64,000 nucleotides of DNA from Candidatus Rubneribacter avistercoris. GTDB lineage: Bacteria > Actinomycetota > Coriobacteriia > Coriobacteriales > Eggerthellaceae. The DNA lies in contig DXCU01000004.1 in NCBI GenBank assembly GCA_019115845.1, positions 44,561-108,560 of the forward strand, in the 5' to 3' direction. Position numbers and translations under genes: made by a program. Shown one piece after another: positions 62,890 to 64,000 of the stretch. The notes beneath the pieces were generated by a model. It saw nothing but the letters and a program-made list of their open reading frames with translations, had not been told where the DNA came from and did no database searches. Within the stretch, counting starts at the first letter, position 1; each line of letters opens with the position of its first letter.

Positions 62890-63858
62890 CTACTCCGCCA
62901 GCTTGAAGCCGATGCCCCACACGGTTTCGATGTAGCCCTCGGTGTTCGTGCCCTTCAGCTTCGCGCGGATGTTGCCGATGTGCGTGTTCACGGTTTTCTC
63001 CTCAACCACCGGCTCCTCGTGCCATGCCGCAGCGAACAGCTCGCGTTTGGTGAACACCTTGCGCGGTCGGCGCATGAGCGCGCACACGAGGTCGAACTCC
63101 GTGCGCGTGAGGCGGATGGGCACGCCGTTTACGGAGAACGTGCGCGTATCCTCGTTGGCAGTCCAGGCGCGGAAGCGCAGGGTGCGCTCGGCATGCGGCG
63201 CGGCGGCGGGGCCGCTTGTCCGCGCGGCGTCGGTTGCAGCATCGGCTGCGTCACCGGCGGCTGGACGCATGTCGCAGACGCGGCGCAGCTGCACCTCGAT
63301 GCGCGCCAGCAACTCGTCAAGATCGAAGGGCTTCACCAGGTAGTCGTCGGCGCCCGTGCGCAAAAGCGCCACCTTGTCGGAGACGGCGCCTTTCGCAGAC
63401 GTCACGATGACGGGCGTGCCGCCCTGCGCGCGCACGAGCGCCACCACGTCCTCGCCAGGCAGCCCCGGCAGCATGAGGTCGCAAATCACCAGGTCGAAGC
63501 GGTGGGCGTCCAACAGAAGGCGCGCCTCGGTGCCCGAGAACGCCGGCGTGCACGCATAGCCCTCCTGCGCCAGAAACGAGCACGTCACGTCGCTGATGGC
63601 GGCATCGTCCTCCACCACGAGCACGGAAGGTTGCACGGCAGGCGCTGGGCCGGATGCGGCGGGAACGTGCGTGCCGGCAGGCGCAGCGGATGCGCCGGGT
63701 ACATGCGCGGCATCGGATGCGCACGCGGCGGCAAGCGCATGCGCGGCATCGTGTGCGCGTGCGACGGCGGACATATGCGCGGCGGCGGACATATGCGCGG
63801 CGGCGGGTTCGTGCCCGGCAGCGGCCGCCGCGCTGCTTTGCGAAGAGAAATCTTTCAT
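62890..63858 (-). CDS. OmpR/PhoB-family response regulator with an Ala/His-rich N-terminal extension of about 77 aa
   Basis: Receiver VLVVEDD and DLVICDLMLPG, with wHTH ..LTRTEFDLVCALMRRPRKVFTKRELF...YIETVWGIGFKL. No start codon with an RBS lies next to the receiver, so the candidate ATG is at 63858 (MKDFSSQ..). Confidence 0.8.
   Translation of the reverse strand: MKDFSSQSSAAAAAGHEPAAAHMSAAAHMSAVARAHDAAHALAAACASDAAHVPGASAAPAGTHVPAASGPAPAVQPSVLVVEDDAAISDVTCSFLAQEGYACTPAFSGTEARLLLDAHRFDLVICDLMLPGLPGEDVVALVRAQGGTPVIVTSAKGAVSDKVALLRTGADDYLVKPFDLDELLARIEVQLRRVCDMRPAAGDAADAATDAARTSGPAAAPHAERTLRFRAWTANEDTRTFSVNGVPIRLTRTEFDLVCALMRRPRKVFTKRELFAAAWHEEPVVEEKTVNTHIGNIRAKLKGTNTEGYIETVWGIGFKLAE
63766..63801. 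repeat. 2 x 18-bp in-frame tandem repeat (encodes AAAHMS twice on the minus strand)
   Basis: ggcggacatatgcgcggc occurs at 63766-63783 and again at 63784-63801. Confidence 0.9.
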
Positions 63859-64000
63859 GCCGCCATTATACGCAACAAGAACCTCGTTCGATTCGAAGGC
63901 GGCCCATCCAAGCGCGAAACCGCAGCACGGCCCGGCGGCTCGGGCGTGCCTCCTCCAAGACTTCCCGGCCATCAAACCTCCGGGGCGTTTGATTCGAGGG

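Overview
High-GC actinobacterial chromosome segment. The gene content looks like Coriobacteriia/Eggerthellaceae (inference): Tat-exported flavoprotein reductases paired with polytopic-membrane LuxR regulators, ask-asd, and recJ-relA. I can support about 50 CDS. No rRNA, tRNA, CRISPR array or intact mobile element was found. Layout: (i) 1-1570 is a decayed defence patch with a truncated AbiEi antitoxin and three orphan gene fragments. (ii) asd and aspartokinase, then a PadR/DUF1700 operon. (iii) 7.3-13.7 kb is an Isd-like haem-uptake operon (ABC importer plus two NEAT-like surface proteins, one with an LAKTG sorting signal), bracketed by a 70-bp direct repeat. (iv) Housekeeping and transport genes, relA, and a RecJ-RecQ fusion ORF. 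(v) Two repeat-rich ORF-poor spacers (13.7-15.0 kb and 27.5-28.6 kb). (vi) Molybdate-type regulator and molbindin, then two Tat flavoprotein reductases with two membrane LuxR regulators. (vii) 39.5-44.6 kb is the most interesting locus. It holds a McrB-type AAA+ NTPase carrying a long coiled coil. It also holds a DUF2357/PD-(D/E)xK McrC-type nuclease with a Lys-rich linker and an extra C-terminal domain, and an upstream ORF that joins the NTPase only through a +1 frame break. This is a candidate uncharacterised McrBC-derived (CoCoNuT-like) defence system. (viii) TetR and a small-molecule methyltransferase with a shared operator-like motif and two 24-bp perfect palindromes. (ix) An AT-richer Panacea(DUF4065)-antitoxin plus membrane-toxin pair. 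(x) Two paralogous RR/ABC/ABC-2/HK modules flank an AT-richer islet carrying Fic, a frameshifted DUF4143 ATPase, two transporters and small repeats. All functional calls rest on motif recognition by eye, not on database searches.
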